Origin: Desulfatiglandales bacterium
GTDB lineage: Bacteria; Desulfobacterota; DSM-4660; Desulfatiglandales; Desulfatiglandaceae
DNA: 64,000 bases
Direction of reading: 5' to 3'
NCBI GenBank assembly: GCA_963666345.1
Contig: OY762721.1
Coordinates: 960,001-1,024,000 of the forward strand
This document shows positions 63,498 to 64,000 of this stretch, in pieces. The translations under genes were made by a program, and so were the position numbers. The notes under the pieces were generated by a model. It was given only the letters and a program-made list of their open reading frames with translations, did no database searches and had not been told where the DNA came from. Position 1 is the first letter of the stretch. Every line of letters begins with the position of its first letter.

Positions 63498-64000
63498 CTG
63501 AAGTTCCTCCTGCCGTCCTGCTCAAAATGATGTTGGAAAATTCATCTATTGCGCTATACTTTAAGATAGCAACAATCGGGGAAAACTCAAGAATCCGATA
63601 CACGCTCCCCCGCCGGTCAAGGCAGAGGGGAGTATTTTACGCGACGGGCTGTGGGGCGTAAATCAAGGGAACGAGTACATGAAAAAGCTTGAAACAGGTC
63701 TAAAGGGGGAAAACTCCTCTTTCATGTCACGGCCAGTGACGCCCGGGGCAAGATAAGTGAAGGAGTAAACGAGCAGCGTATAATAGGCCTTTACCTTTTC
63801 TTGAAAAGGTAAAGGAAAAAGCCTACGATAAAAAGCAATGAGAATAATAAGCAGGCATTGACAGGTTCTCTTTTTAGGGATATGCAGACATGTCTTAAGC
63901 AGGGAGGTCATCTCAAACACAGGAGGTGCCGCGACCACAGATCTCTCACAGAGGTCACAGGGGACACAGAGAAAACGCAGGGGGGGCCCGCTTTTTCAAC

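Noticed and set aside
63498..63660. Moco/tungsten-cofactor riboswitch upstream of the moaD-like gene
   Set aside because: No recognisable conserved motif by eye; an Rfam cmscan would settle it.

Overview
A 64-kb chromosomal window from an anaerobic bacterium. A Desulfobacterota (deltaproteobacterial) origin is inferred from the HdrA/AOR genes, TRAP/TAXI transporters, sigma54 regulation and UGA-selenocysteine coding. It has three zones. (1) 1-17.5 kb holds ordinary genes: a frameshifted SIMPL gene, a Tat-signal rubrerythrin, PAS-GGDEF, YitT, a methyltransferase and YkgJ. It also has a divergent GntR catabolic locus (TRAP + amidohydrolase + gamma-CA on one side; M24-fold hydrolase + TAXI on the other) and a small UxxC selenoprotein candidate with a SECIS-like hairpin that the ORF track truncates. 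(2) About 17.6-53.2 kb starts with a decayed toxin-antitoxin/XRE border. A ~34-kb island follows, entirely on the minus strand, headed by a PAS-sigma54 activator and two complete copies of a UAS-IHF-(-24/-12) promoter. The island combines proteostasis genes (2x ftsH, hflKC, groES/EL), extra central-carbon enzymes (ppsA, gpmA, class I fba, 2-oxoacid:Fd oxidoreductase), a PMM/GT4/GH130 module, envelope lipoproteins, several unannotated sORFs and five paralog/remnant pairs. (3) 53.7-63.5 kb is an IclR-linked cluster of a GltD-inserted HdrA, a second HdrA, an HdrC-like protein, a Zn-ribbon protein, an AOR-family oxidoreductase, an Fe-S subunit and a convergent MoaD-like gene. No rRNA, tRNA, CRISPR array, integrase or transposase was recognised. 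Product calls come from motif recognition by eye, not database searches.
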